The notes under the pieces: generated by a model | The model's input: the letters and a program-made list of their open reading frames with translations, nothing else | What the model was told of the DNA's origin: nothing | The model's database searches: none | From: Christiangramia sp. | GTDB taxonomy: Bacteria > Bacteroidota > Bacteroidia > Flavobacteriales > Flavobacteriaceae | Length of the DNA stretch: 64,000 bases | NCBI RefSeq assembly: GCF_029937855.1 | Contig: NZ_JAPYPC010000005.1 | Coordinates: forward strand, 54,616-118,615 | Reading direction: 5' to 3' | Made by a program: the position numbers and the translations under genes | Part shown: in pieces, positions 8,527-17,606 of the stretch | Layout of the letters: each line of letters starts with the position of its first letter | Position numbering within the stretch: position 1 is the first letter of the stretch

Positions 8527-9813
8527 TTAGGCTTCCTGTAGGTTATTTTTAAAACTTTTGAAGATTTCCTTTTCATGTGTATCATAAAATTCAGGGTCGA
8601 AATTAGCAAGTTTCAGATTAGCAAGCACATGATCTATCTTTCGATTTTCATTCAGCCACAGATCAAAAATTTCCTGCCGCATCCTTATTCCGAAGGTGTT
8701 GATCCCTAAGAATTCATTCGTTTCAGAATTGTAAGAAATCGTAATCGCTTTTAGTCCACTTTCATGTTCCCAGTGAAAATGCTGTTCATTCTCTTTTGGC
8801 TCAGGCCAAACCCAGCCATAGGTTTGGTATTCAATATCAAAAAATTTAGCGGAATTAAACCAGTTCCCGGGTTGATAGGCTGTACGCGCTCCGGTTAATG
8901 TTCCGGCAAGGGTTTCCCCCATTATTCTACCAGTGTACCATACTGCTTCTACCGATTTTCTCTGGCCGATAACATTTCTCTGCTGGGCACAATCCCCTAT
9001 AGCATACACATCTTCAATGCTCGTTTCCAAATATTCATTTACCAGAATCCCTTTATCGGTTTCAAGCTCTGAATCTTTTAGAAAGTCTATGTTTGGTCGT
9101 ACTCCGGCGCAAAGACCTACAAGCTGACACTCAATTTCTTCGCCCTCTTGGGTTAAAACGGCTCTTGCTCTTCCATTATCATCGGCCAGAATTTTATCTA
9201 ACTCTGTATTATGCCTTAGGTCTACGCCATGGGATTTAATATGATTTGAGATCATTTCAGCATCAGGAAGAGGCAATACATTGCTCCAAAATGCTTTTTC
9301 TCGAACCAGGAAAGTAACCTCTATATTTCGTGTTTTAAGCATTTCAGCAAGCTCCACGCCAATTAGTCCGCCACCTATGATCACCGCTTTCCTGGTATAG
9401 GCTGTATTTTCTTCCAGCTCTATAAGGTCCTGTTTGGTCACCAGTCCCTGAACTCCTTTTAGGTCTTCTCCTTCCCAGCCAAACTTATTGTAGATTGAAC
9501 CCGTTGCAATAATAAGTTTATCATACTCGAGTGGCTCTCCCGAGGAAAAAAGAAGTTTCTTTTTCTCAAAATCTATTTGTTCTACCCAGGCTTTTTTTAA
9601 TTCTATCCTGTTCTTTTCCCAAAACCAATCTTCGTAGGGTTTCAAATGGTCCCACTTCATATGCCCCATATAAACATACATAAGGGCAGTACGGGAAAAA
9701 AAATAATCTGATTCACCTGAAATGACAGTAATTTTGTGATCGGAGCGTTTTCGAATATGCCTTGCAGCGGTTATTCCTGAAATTCCGTTCCCAATAATTA
9801 CAATATGCTCCAT
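8527..9813 (-). CDS. NAD(P)/FAD-dependent oxidoreductase (rubredoxin/NirB-reductase-like)
   Basis: IIGNGISG (FAD), IIGGGLIG (NAD) and YAIGDC motifs. Start reassigned to MEHIVIIG at 9813. Confidence 0.85.
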   Translation of the reverse strand: MEHIVIIGNGISGITAARHIRKRSDHKITVISGESDYFFSRTALMYVYMGHMKWDHLKPYEDWFWEKNRIELKKAWVEQIDFEKKKLLFSSGEPLEYDKLIIATGSIYNKFGWEGEDLKGVQGLVTKQDLIELEENTAYTRKAVIIGGGLIGVELAEMLKTRNIEVTFLVREKAFWSNVLPLPDAEMISNHIKSHGVDLRHNTELDKILADDNGRARAVLTQEGEEIECQLVGLCAGVRPNIDFLKDSELETDKGILVNEYLETSIEDVYAIGDCAQQRNVIGQRKSVEAVWYTGRIMGETLAGTLTGARTAYQPGNWFNSAKFFDIEYQTYGWVWPEPKENEQHFHWEHESGLKAITISYNSETNEFLGINTFGIRMRQEIFDLWLNENRKIDHVLANLKLANFDPEFYDTHEKEIFKSFKNNLQEA

Positions 9814-9913
9814 TAATTTTTTATAATTTGCCTGAAGGCCAGATATCACCCAAGTAAAGTACGCTGAAAATAGGGAGAATCCCAAGTACCCAGAGATTTT
9901 TATAAAATTAACA

Positions 9914-10945
9914 ATGTTTTACAAAGCTGAATTTATCTCATTAAAAATTGTAGCCCTTTTAGCTCTCACCCTAATTTGGTCATGTCAGGCTGAAATTCCT
10001 TTCAAAAAAATTAATGGTATAAGCCTGGTTGCTGCCAGAGATAGTCTTTCAGAAAAACAGGCAGAAAGGATCCTGGAAATAAATGCTAACGCTGTCGCTT
10101 TAATGCCCTATGCTTTTATGAGGGATAAAGAAAATCCTGAATTGATCTTCAATATCGAAAGACAGTGGTTTGGAGAACGAGCTGAAGGCATAGAGCAGTC
10201 CATTCTAATGCTAAAGAAAAAAGATTTAAAAATTATGATCAAGCCCCATATCTGGTTAAGAAATGGAGACTTTACGGGAGATTTAAAATTTCCTTCGGAA
10301 GCTGATTGGCAAAAATTTGAAAGATCTTATCGAAATTATATAATGCTCTATGCAAAAATAGCAGAGAAACATCATATTGAGATCTTTTGTATTGGAACCG
10401 AACTTTTCAATTTTGTAAAGGAAAGACCTGAATTTTGGAAGGAGTTAATACGCGATCTTAGAAAGGTTTACGAAGGCAAACTTGTCTATGCTGAAAACTG
10501 GGACAAAGCAGATCAGGTTGATTTATGGCAAGAACTGGATTTTATAGGAATAGACGCATATTTTCCGTTGAGCGAAAAGTTATCTCCAAGCGAGGAGGAG
10601 ATTATTAGCGGATGGAGAAAACATACTGAAATGCTTAAAAATTTGTCTTCAGAATATAAAAAACAGGTGCTTTTTACTGAATATGGTTACAGAAGTATAG
10701 ATTATGCGCTTAAAGAACCCTGGAATTCAGGAAAAAATATTGCTAATATCAATCACAATCTGCAGGCCAGGGCACTAAAGGTTTTATATGAAGAATTCTG
10801 GACAGAAAATTGGTTTTCCGGTGGATATTTATGGAAGTGGCACCAACATGAAGATTCCGGAGGTATAGAAAATGACCGGTTCACTCCGCAAAACAAACCC
10901 GCAGAAAATATCATTAAAGAGTACTATAAGAAATTTAGGAACTAA
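9914..10945 (+). CDS. Glycoside hydrolase family 113-like lipoprotein (TIM barrel)
   Basis: Lipobox IWSC; KPHIW, IGTEL (acid/base Glu), YAENWD, IGIDAYFPL and FTEYG (nucleophile Glu) motifs. Confidence 0.8.
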   Translation: MFYKAEFISLKIVALLALTLIWSCQAEIPFKKINGISLVAARDSLSEKQAERILEINANAVALMPYAFMRDKENPELIFNIERQWFGERAEGIEQSILMLKKKDLKIMIKPHIWLRNGDFTGDLKFPSEADWQKFERSYRNYIMLYAKIAEKHHIEIFCIGTELFNFVKERPEFWKELIRDLRKVYEGKLVYAENWDKADQVDLWQELDFIGIDAYFPLSEKLSPSEEEIISGWRKHTEMLKNLSSEYKKQVLFTEYGYRSIDYALKEPWNSGKNIANINHNLQARALKVLYEEFWTENWFSGGYLWKWHQHEDSGGIENDRFTPQNKPAENIIKEYYKKFRN

Positions 10946-11621
10946 CCCTCTTGTAGTAGTGGCTGTAGAGTTCTTCCGGTGACGCGCCAGTACGTCTTTT
11001 CCAGTATATCTGGATAAACAACCATTGCGTATTCCAAACTCCCAATTTGTCGTAGAGCCTGGCCGAGGTGGTAATCCACTTTTTTATAATAGTAAATTGC
11101 TTTTTCTTGTAGAGCCTTCTTATAATTTCATTGTCTTCATACACCTTATAAGACTCATCAAAACCTCCAATTTCATCGAAAAGTGCCATTTCTACGTAAA
11201 GGGACTGGTCCCCACCTCTACAGGTAATATGGTTCACTTTTGTAAAATGCCCCATCAAATTGAGCCACCAGTGATCCTTATCAAATTTCATTTTAAAGCA
11301 GCCAGCCTTATTTCCCTTCTCCACCTCTGCGATTATCAAGGAATCAAAATTTGAAGGAGGTAAACTATCCACGTGCAGAAAATAAAGAATTTCACCTTTG
11401 GCCAGCCTGGCACCGGTATTCATTTGTACCGCACGGCCTTTCTCCGAAGGAACATAAAATACCATAGGATGATTTTTGGCAATAGTAGCCGTAGCATCGG
11501 TACTACCACCATCCACAACGATTATTTCAGAAATATTACCTGACGATGAAGCTTCCAGGTGCCGCAAAAGCATAGGAAGCTGCTCTTCTTCATTAAAAGC
11601 CGGAACAATAATACTAATCAT
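10935..11621 (-). CDS. TIGR04283-type GT2 glycosyltransferase (rSAM/seleno-domain or arsenosugar-associated)
   Basis: SIIVPAFNEE, VDGGSTD, GRAVQMNTGA, FLHVDS, GGDQSL, YED and TSAR motifs match this family pattern. Confidence 0.8.
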   Translation of the reverse strand: MISIIVPAFNEEEQLPMLLRHLEASSSGNISEIIVVDGGSTDATATIAKNHPMVFYVPSEKGRAVQMNTGARLAKGEILYFLHVDSLPPSNFDSLIIAEVEKGNKAGCFKMKFDKDHWWLNLMGHFTKVNHITCRGGDQSLYVEMALFDEIGGFDESYKVYEDNEIIRRLYKKKQFTIIKKWITTSARLYDKLGVWNTQWLFIQIYWKRRTGASPEELYSHYYKRVSS

Positions 11622-11629
11622 TCCCCAGT

Positions 11630-12433
11630 TTATTTAGCTTCATTTAGATCCCAGTTGTAGTTCTTATACGAAATAGAAGCCCCGGAATTTATTTTGGTAT
11701 TAGAATACTGATTTACATACTCTATCACCGTCCCATTTTCTTTAAAATCTTTTGCATACCAATCGAATACTGAAGATAGTTTCGCTGAATTTTTAGATAT
11801 CTCGTTTTTATCTGAATTAATGAATTCTTTGGTTACTCGTTCTAGTTGTTGGTCAATCTTATTCGCTGTATATGCCTCGGTTATTAATTTTGGACAGGAA
11901 ATCGAAGCACAATTAATAGCAAAATGGATTCGAGGTTCATTCATTTTTCTTAGTATACTGTTTTCTATCCCGCCAAGAGAGATTTCAGTATCCCCAACTT
12001 TCACGAATTCTTTTGTCCACGCACCATTTATATCTTTGATGCTTTTCACCGGATAATTCCTTAAAATAAGGTCTACCGTATATGCATTGTAAAGGTTTAT
12101 ATAATAGGCCAATAATTCATCACGGCCCCACTCCTCTTTTGGCTCCTGGGAAGATAGCATTTTCAGATATTTGTCCAGTTCAGCACGATCTTTTTGAAAT
12201 CCTTTATAATCTACCATTCCATTTTCATTCACATGCTTCTTTAGTAAAGAATTCCAGGTACCATGATCCAGCTTTTGTCCGGAATTTTCTGAAGAATCCT
12301 CAGAAGTTTCAGGGGTAGGCAAACCTTTACTATTTAGGCCGGCACTGGAAATTAAATTACAGGAGGCAAACATACAGGCTCCCGATATTATAATGACAAA
12401 ACTTAAAATTATCTTTTTCATATCTTTTTTCAT
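11630..12433 (-). CDS. DUF547 domain lipoprotein
   Basis: Lipobox FASC; GMVDYKGF, LAYYINLYNAYTV and EPRIHFAINCASISCP motifs. Confidence 0.9.
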   Translation of the reverse strand: MKKDMKKIILSFVIIISGACMFASCNLISSAGLNSKGLPTPETSEDSSENSGQKLDHGTWNSLLKKHVNENGMVDYKGFQKDRAELDKYLKMLSSQEPKEEWGRDELLAYYINLYNAYTVDLILRNYPVKSIKDINGAWTKEFVKVGDTEISLGGIENSILRKMNEPRIHFAINCASISCPKLITEAYTANKIDQQLERVTKEFINSDKNEISKNSAKLSSVFDWYAKDFKENGTVIEYVNQYSNTKINSGASISYKNYNWDLNEAK

Positions 12434-12503
12434 TTTACTTATTATTGCAAATACACTTCAAAGTTTCACGTGTAAAAGTCGCTCTTAATTTCATTTATCT
12501 ACT

Positions 12504-13316
12504 TTATATATTCTGAAGTATTTCTTTAAATAATTTGATCATATTAGGTTCAGCTTTTTCCGCATTGTCCAGAATTTTCTGAATATCTACTTTTTCGAGG
12601 TTTTCCGGATCTCCCTGATCTGTAATTACGGAAATTGCCGAAACTGGGATTCCCAAATGGTTCGCTACTATCACTTCAGGAACTGTACTCATTCCCACAG
12701 CATCTGCACCTATCAGTTTTAAATATTTGTATTCTGCCCTGGTTTCTAATTGAGGGCCAAGTACTGAAGCATACACTCCTTTATGTAACCTGATATTCAG
12801 TTTTTTTGCGGCCTCTTCAAAAAGTTGATTCATAGCGCTATCATAAGGCTCACTCATATCTACAAAACGCTCTCCAAGTTTTTCAACACCGTGAAAGGCC
12901 AACGGAGATCCTCCCTGCAAATTGATATGATCATCTATCAGCATCAGCTCACTTTCTTTAAAGTCAAGGTTTATTGCGCCAGATGCATTGGAAACTAAAA
13001 GTTTATTTATTCCAAGACGTTTCATTACCCTAACTGGAAAAGTAACATCAAATAAGCTGTAGCCTTCATAAAGATGGAACCTTCCCTGCATCACTACTAC
13101 TTTCTTGCCCTGCAAAGTTCCAAAAATGAGTTTCCCTCTATGAAATTCTACGGTAGCTGTTGGAAAGTAAGGGATATGGTTGTAACTGGCTTCCTGCTCT
13201 ACTTCCACATCATCAATGAGCTTTCCCAGGCCCGTTCCCAGAATGATCCCGACCTCAGGTTCTCCAAAACCTTTTGATTTTAAATAGTCTACAGATTCAT
13301 TTATTCTATCAATCAT
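12504..13316 (-). CDS. Purine nucleoside phosphorylase (trimeric NP-I type)
   Basis: IILGTGLG, QGRFHLYEG, GPQLETRAE, GMSTVPE and ITD motifs. Confidence 0.92.
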   Translation of the reverse strand: MIDRINESVDYLKSKGFGEPEVGIILGTGLGKLIDDVEVEQEASYNHIPYFPTATVEFHRGKLIFGTLQGKKVVVMQGRFHLYEGYSLFDVTFPVRVMKRLGINKLLVSNASGAINLDFKESELMLIDDHINLQGGSPLAFHGVEKLGERFVDMSEPYDSAMNQLFEEAAKKLNIRLHKGVYASVLGPQLETRAEYKYLKLIGADAVGMSTVPEVIVANHLGIPVSAISVITDQGDPENLEKVDIQKILDNAEKAEPNMIKLFKEILQNI

Positions 13317-13921
13317 ACACTTATGAATTTTTGGAAAGCGGGATGATCTTTTATATCCTCTAACAGGTCTACATCGTTACGTGTTTCCAGTAATTTTACA
13401 TCTTTATCATCAAGATCCTTTAAAGTATCTTCCAACACACTGGAAGTTCCCCACTCTTTATTTTTAAACACTTCTGAATTTAAGGTTTTCATTCCCAATA
13501 GATAGTATCCGCCGTCAGCAGCAGGACCAATCACAAAATCATGTTGCCCTAATTCCTGAAAAGCATTATCAATATCTTCAGAATTGATATCATACATATC
13601 ACTTCCAACAATAATTATCTTTTCATAATTTTCAGCAAAACCCTCGCTAAAAGCATTGAACATACGCTCGCCGAGGTCTTCCCCAAATTGCTGCTTTTTT
13701 TCATAGACGGTATTATCCCAAATATCATCTCTATTTATATAATCTGAATAATACACCTGCTTTTTTGCCTTTACGGAAGCCGTAAATTTTGCGGAATGAT
13801 CAAGTAAGAATTTATAAATTTTAAGTGCTTTATCATCTCCAAGATCTTTTGCCAATCTGGTTTTTACTTTTCCCGCAACAGGATTTTTTGTAAAAATGAT
13901 GAGTAGGTTTTTATTTATCAC
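13313..13921 (-). CDS. TIGR04282/DUF2064-type CofC-like transferase (arsenosugar-associated)
   Basis: IFTKNPVAGKVKTRLA, GEDLGERM, IVGSD, IGPAADGGYYLLG and NDVD motifs. Confidence 0.85.
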   Translation of the reverse strand: MINKNLLIIFTKNPVAGKVKTRLAKDLGDDKALKIYKFLLDHSAKFTASVKAKKQVYYSDYINRDDIWDNTVYEKKQQFGEDLGERMFNAFSEGFAENYEKIIIVGSDMYDINSEDIDNAFQELGQHDFVIGPAADGGYYLLGMKTLNSEVFKNKEWGTSSVLEDTLKDLDDKDVKLLETRNDVDLLEDIKDHPAFQKFISV

Positions 13922-14434
13922 TTAGTAAATTTTTTTTCCATTTTCGAGCCATTTGCCCCAGCGTTTTGAATACACATGTACCTTTTCCGTTTCTTTGCCG
14001 GTGCTATCAACTACAGGAAAATCTTCATTCTTCCATTCAAAAATACCACCATATAAATTGTGAACATCCTTAAATCCGGCGTTCATTATTCTTTTCGCAA
14101 TATTTTCAGAACGAATACCTATGGAACAATACACTACAATTCTTTTATCCTTCGGAATATTCTGAATTTTGGATTCGTCAAAGTAATTATATCCTACAAA
14201 AATTGCATCCTGAAGATGACTGACTTCAAACTCATCAAGTTCACGGGCATCCAGAATAACTACCTCATCATTTAACTGATGCATTCTCAATTCTTCCACA
14301 GAAATATAGGGGGAATTACCGGTATTATATTTATTTAATAAGGTACTTAACGAATTCTGGGAATTCATTTTATTAAAGCTTATCATCAATACAAATATAA
14401 TCAGGTAGTTTTTCAATTTTGTTTTTTCAGTCAT
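13922..14434 (-). CDS. Exported rhodanese-like domain protein
   Basis: LDARELDEFEVSHL, YCSIGIRS (active-loop Cys) and LYGGIFEW motifs; N-terminal hydrophobic signal. Start uncertain (ATG 14434 or TTG 14470). Confidence 0.85.
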   Translation of the reverse strand: MTEKTKLKNYLIIFVLMISFNKMNSQNSLSTLLNKYNTGNSPYISVEELRMHQLNDEVVILDARELDEFEVSHLQDAIFVGYNYFDESKIQNIPKDKRIVVYCSIGIRSENIAKRIMNAGFKDVHNLYGGIFEWKNEDFPVVDSTGKETEKVHVYSKRWGKWLENGKKIY

Positions 14435-14501
14435 TTCAATAAAGTCCAGGGAAAGAAATCTCTCCAACACTATTATTTACGAGGTTTTTTGGATTATAGT
14501 T

Positions 14502-14684
14502 TTAAAAATTCACTACTCCGGTAATAGAAAGAAGGATAAATAAAAAGACAATTACAATTAATATCACAACCCACAAATTGGACCTGGAGTTTCCTGTACG
14601 GGTTTCGGTAGATTGATTCCTGCTTTGTTCTGATTTTTTATGATCGGTAGGAACCGGGGAAGATCTATCTTTATCTGAATTCAT
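14502..14684 (-). CDS. Small hypothetical single-pass membrane protein (60 aa)
   Basis: ATG at 14684; polar N-terminus followed by a C-terminal hydrophobic helix; co-directional with the operon below it. Confidence 0.5.
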   Translation of the reverse strand: MNSDKDRSSPVPTDHKKSEQSRNQSTETRTGNSRSNLWVVILIVIVFLFILLSITGVVNF

Positions 14685-14960
14685 AATAAATGTTTTGATT
14701 GAAATTACAGCCTTTGCAAATGCTAAAAAAAGTTTTAACAAATAATTTAAAAAAGCCTATTTTTCCAATTCCCTCCTCTAATTCACGGGTTGCGTCCTGG
14801 GAATAACGTTTTTCGCATTAGAATTACCCCAAAGAGTGATAAATCAGGCTATTATTCTTGGTTTTTTCTCACAAATGATAATTTTACGCTCCCAATACTT
14901 TAAAAATATTTGTTAAAAATCCCTTAACTTTAAAAACCTTTTAATTCTACAAAATTTACA

Positions 14961-16010
14961 ATGAGAATTGATGTAAATACATTGCCGGTTAATGAGATTC
15001 TGGAAGACATTGCCAATTCCCTAAATGCCGAGCTAAAAAATAACAGCGGTGAATTATCTATTCAAATACCTTCTGAATTTGGAGAAGGCTATATAAGGGG
15101 GGTGAGTTTTGATTCGGGGATGGGCTTTGTTACGTATAATTGTAAATTCTCTGAAGATGTAGAAATCCATTTTTCGCTCAATACAGTTCACCCACTTAAA
15201 TTTATATTTTGCTCAGAAGGTAAGGTTGGCCATTGTTTTCAGAAGAAAGATAATATCCATATTATTGATACTTACCAGAATATTGTAGTAAGCAGCAATG
15301 GTTATGACGGGCATATACTACATTTTAAAAAAGATGTATCTACCCATGTTTCAAGCCTGGAGATCATACGATCTATTTTTACCCACAGATCCAACTACGA
15401 TTTTAAAGATCTTGATCCTACCTTAAAAGATTTATTTAAGGATGCGGTTTCTGAAAAACAATTCTTTTATCAGGGAAATTATAGTATTAAAGCGGCAGAT
15501 GTCATGGAAGACATTAATACTAAAGATTATACCGGTTTTTTAAGAAATCTCTTCCTGGAGAGTAAGGTATTTGAAATGCTGGTGATACAGATAGCGCAAT
15601 ATGAAGATGATGAGAATGGAGATAATCTTCCGCAGATATTAAGAAAATCTGATATTGAAAAGGTAAATTATGTAGCTAAAAGAATACAGGGAGATCTCAG
15701 CACAAACCTAACCGTTGAAACTCTTGCCAAGGAGGCTGGAACGAATGTTAACAAGCTCCAGGAAGGGTTTAAATATGTTTATAACCTTACGGTAAATAAA
15801 TATATGCAGCATGTAAAATTAGAGGCTGCCAAAGAAATGCTTAGACTTTCTGAGAAAAATATTTCTGAAATAGTAACCTCCATTGGTTTAAATAACCGAA
15901 GCTACTTCTCTAAGATCTTTAAAGAGAAATACGGAGTAAGCCCAAAATACTTTTTGAAAAATGGAAAGAACCTGAAAGACGCAGATGCCGAGGTTCACGA
16001 ATGGGATTAA
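14961..16010 (+). CDS. AraC family transcriptional regulator
   Basis: C-terminal double HTH (LTVETLAKEAGTNVNKLQEGFK...ISEIVTSIGLNNRSYFSKIFKEKYGVSP). Confidence 0.9.
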   Translation: MRIDVNTLPVNEILEDIANSLNAELKNNSGELSIQIPSEFGEGYIRGVSFDSGMGFVTYNCKFSEDVEIHFSLNTVHPLKFIFCSEGKVGHCFQKKDNIHIIDTYQNIVVSSNGYDGHILHFKKDVSTHVSSLEIIRSIFTHRSNYDFKDLDPTLKDLFKDAVSEKQFFYQGNYSIKAADVMEDINTKDYTGFLRNLFLESKVFEMLVIQIAQYEDDENGDNLPQILRKSDIEKVNYVAKRIQGDLSTNLTVETLAKEAGTNVNKLQEGFKYVYNLTVNKYMQHVKLEAAKEMLRLSEKNISEIVTSIGLNNRSYFSKIFKEKYGVSPKYFLKNGKNLKDADAEVHEWD

Positions 16011-17485
16011 TTTCCTGTAATTTCAAATTTATCGGGGATGGCCAGGGGATCAAACTCCCATAATAATGGAAGGCAAAAATATACTACCAGACTTATAATG
16101 GTAATGGAAATTATATTCAGCCAAATTCCCGCTTTTATCATATCAGGAATATGCAAATATCCCGATCCAAATACTACGGCATTGGGAGGTGTTGCTACCG
16201 GAAGCATAAATGCACAGGAGGCCGCTAAAGTTGCTCCAACCATTAAAAAATAAGGATGAAGGTTCAATGCCAGTGCCATACTTGCCAAAATTGGCAATAG
16301 CATTGCTGTAGTTGCAAGGTTAGAAGTTATTTCGGTTAAAAAGTTTACAGCAGCAACAAGTACTACAACTAAAAGTAATAATGGTAGATTTTCTAAATTG
16401 GTTAACTGTTGACCAATCCATACCGCCAGACCTGAATCATCAAAACCTTTAGCTAGCGCCATCCCCCCACCAAATAGAAGGATGATACCCCACGGAATCT
16501 TTACAGCCTCTTCCCAGGTTATCAGCTTTCTCTTATTTCCTGCCGGAACAATAAAAAGAAGCACCGCAGCACTCATCGCAATAATGGTATCGTCTATAAA
16601 GGGTAAAATAGGCTGAAGCAAAAAACTTCTCGTGATCCAACAAAAGGCGGTGATAACAAATAAAATTAGTACTCTTTTTTCTTCTTTACTTATATTCCCC
16701 AGCTCCTTATTTAGTCGCCGAATTTCCTGCTTTCCACCCGGAAACTCTTTTTGAGTAAAATTAAAAGCCCCGGAAGTGAGATATTTCCAGCATATAAACA
16801 ATAAGAGTATTGAAACGGGCAATCCAAGCATAAACCATTGAGAAAAGCTTATTTCAAATCCATACAACTCTTCCACAATACCTGCAAAAACAAGATTTGG
16901 CGGTGTACCAATAAGAGTTGCGATTCCGCCAATAGATGCGCTATAGGCTATAGCCAGCATTAAAGCTTTTCCAAATACTTCATTCTCATTTTGTTTTGTA
17001 TTGGGATTATTTTTAAGCTGACTTATAATGGCCGTCCCTATTGGCAGCATCATTACAGATGTGGCAGTATTGGAAATCCACATAGACAAAAATGCTGTAG
17101 CCAGCATGAATCCGAGGATTATAAATTTGATATTCGTTCCTATTAAAATAATAATGGATAGTGCTATTCTTTTATGCAAACCCCATCTTTCTATAGCTGC
17201 TGCAAGGATGAAACCTCCCAAATAAAGAAATACATATTTATGACCAAATGCCGCCGTAGTAATTCCTATGTCTAATGCTCCAGTTAAAGGAAATAGTATA
17301 ATTGGCAGAAGAGCCGTGACCGAAATAGGAATTGCTTCAGTAACCCACCAAAAAGCCATCCACAAAGTGACGCATAGTACATCAAATGCAGGTTCAGGCA
17401 TAGATTCTGGCCCTCCTAATGATTGTAATATAATAAAGAGCAAAGGCCCTGTGATAACAACCAGGTGCCGGGAGATCTTCTGCAT
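16007..17485 (-). CDS. SLC13/DASS family Na+/anion (di/tricarboxylate or sulfate) symporter
   Basis: WISNTATSVMMLPI, TLIGTPPN, TEITSNLAT and FMLPVATPPNA motifs. Confidence 0.92.
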   Translation of the reverse strand: MQKISRHLVVITGPLLFIILQSLGGPESMPEPAFDVLCVTLWMAFWWVTEAIPISVTALLPIILFPLTGALDIGITTAAFGHKYVFLYLGGFILAAAIERWGLHKRIALSIIILIGTNIKFIILGFMLATAFLSMWISNTATSVMMLPIGTAIISQLKNNPNTKQNENEVFGKALMLAIAYSASIGGIATLIGTPPNLVFAGIVEELYGFEISFSQWFMLGLPVSILLLFICWKYLTSGAFNFTQKEFPGGKQEIRRLNKELGNISKEEKRVLILFVITAFCWITRSFLLQPILPFIDDTIIAMSAAVLLFIVPAGNKRKLITWEEAVKIPWGIILLFGGGMALAKGFDDSGLAVWIGQQLTNLENLPLLLLVVVLVAAVNFLTEITSNLATTAMLLPILASMALALNLHPYFLMVGATLAASCAFMLPVATPPNAVVFGSGYLHIPDMIKAGIWLNIISITIISLVVYFCLPLLWEFDPLAIPDKFEITGN

Positions 17486-17606
17486 ATTGTAAGAATTTAA
17501 AATTGAAGGTAATTAAAATTATTCCTTTTTAAATATCCAGGATTAAGACCTCAGATCTTTTTAAAAAATTAAAATTCCGATATTTAAGTTCTAAAAGCTT
17601 ATAGAA

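Noticed and set aside
10935-14960. Hidden selenoprotein (UGA read-through) or ArsS radical SAM gene in the TIGR04282/04283 cluster
   Set aside because: The ORFs tile the region with normal ends. There is no CxxxCxxC ORF and no uncovered space large enough to hold one.
14961-17485. AraC regulator controlling the convergent DASS transporter or the upstream cluster
   Set aside because: I could not identify a binding site, and adjacency alone does not support a regulatory link.
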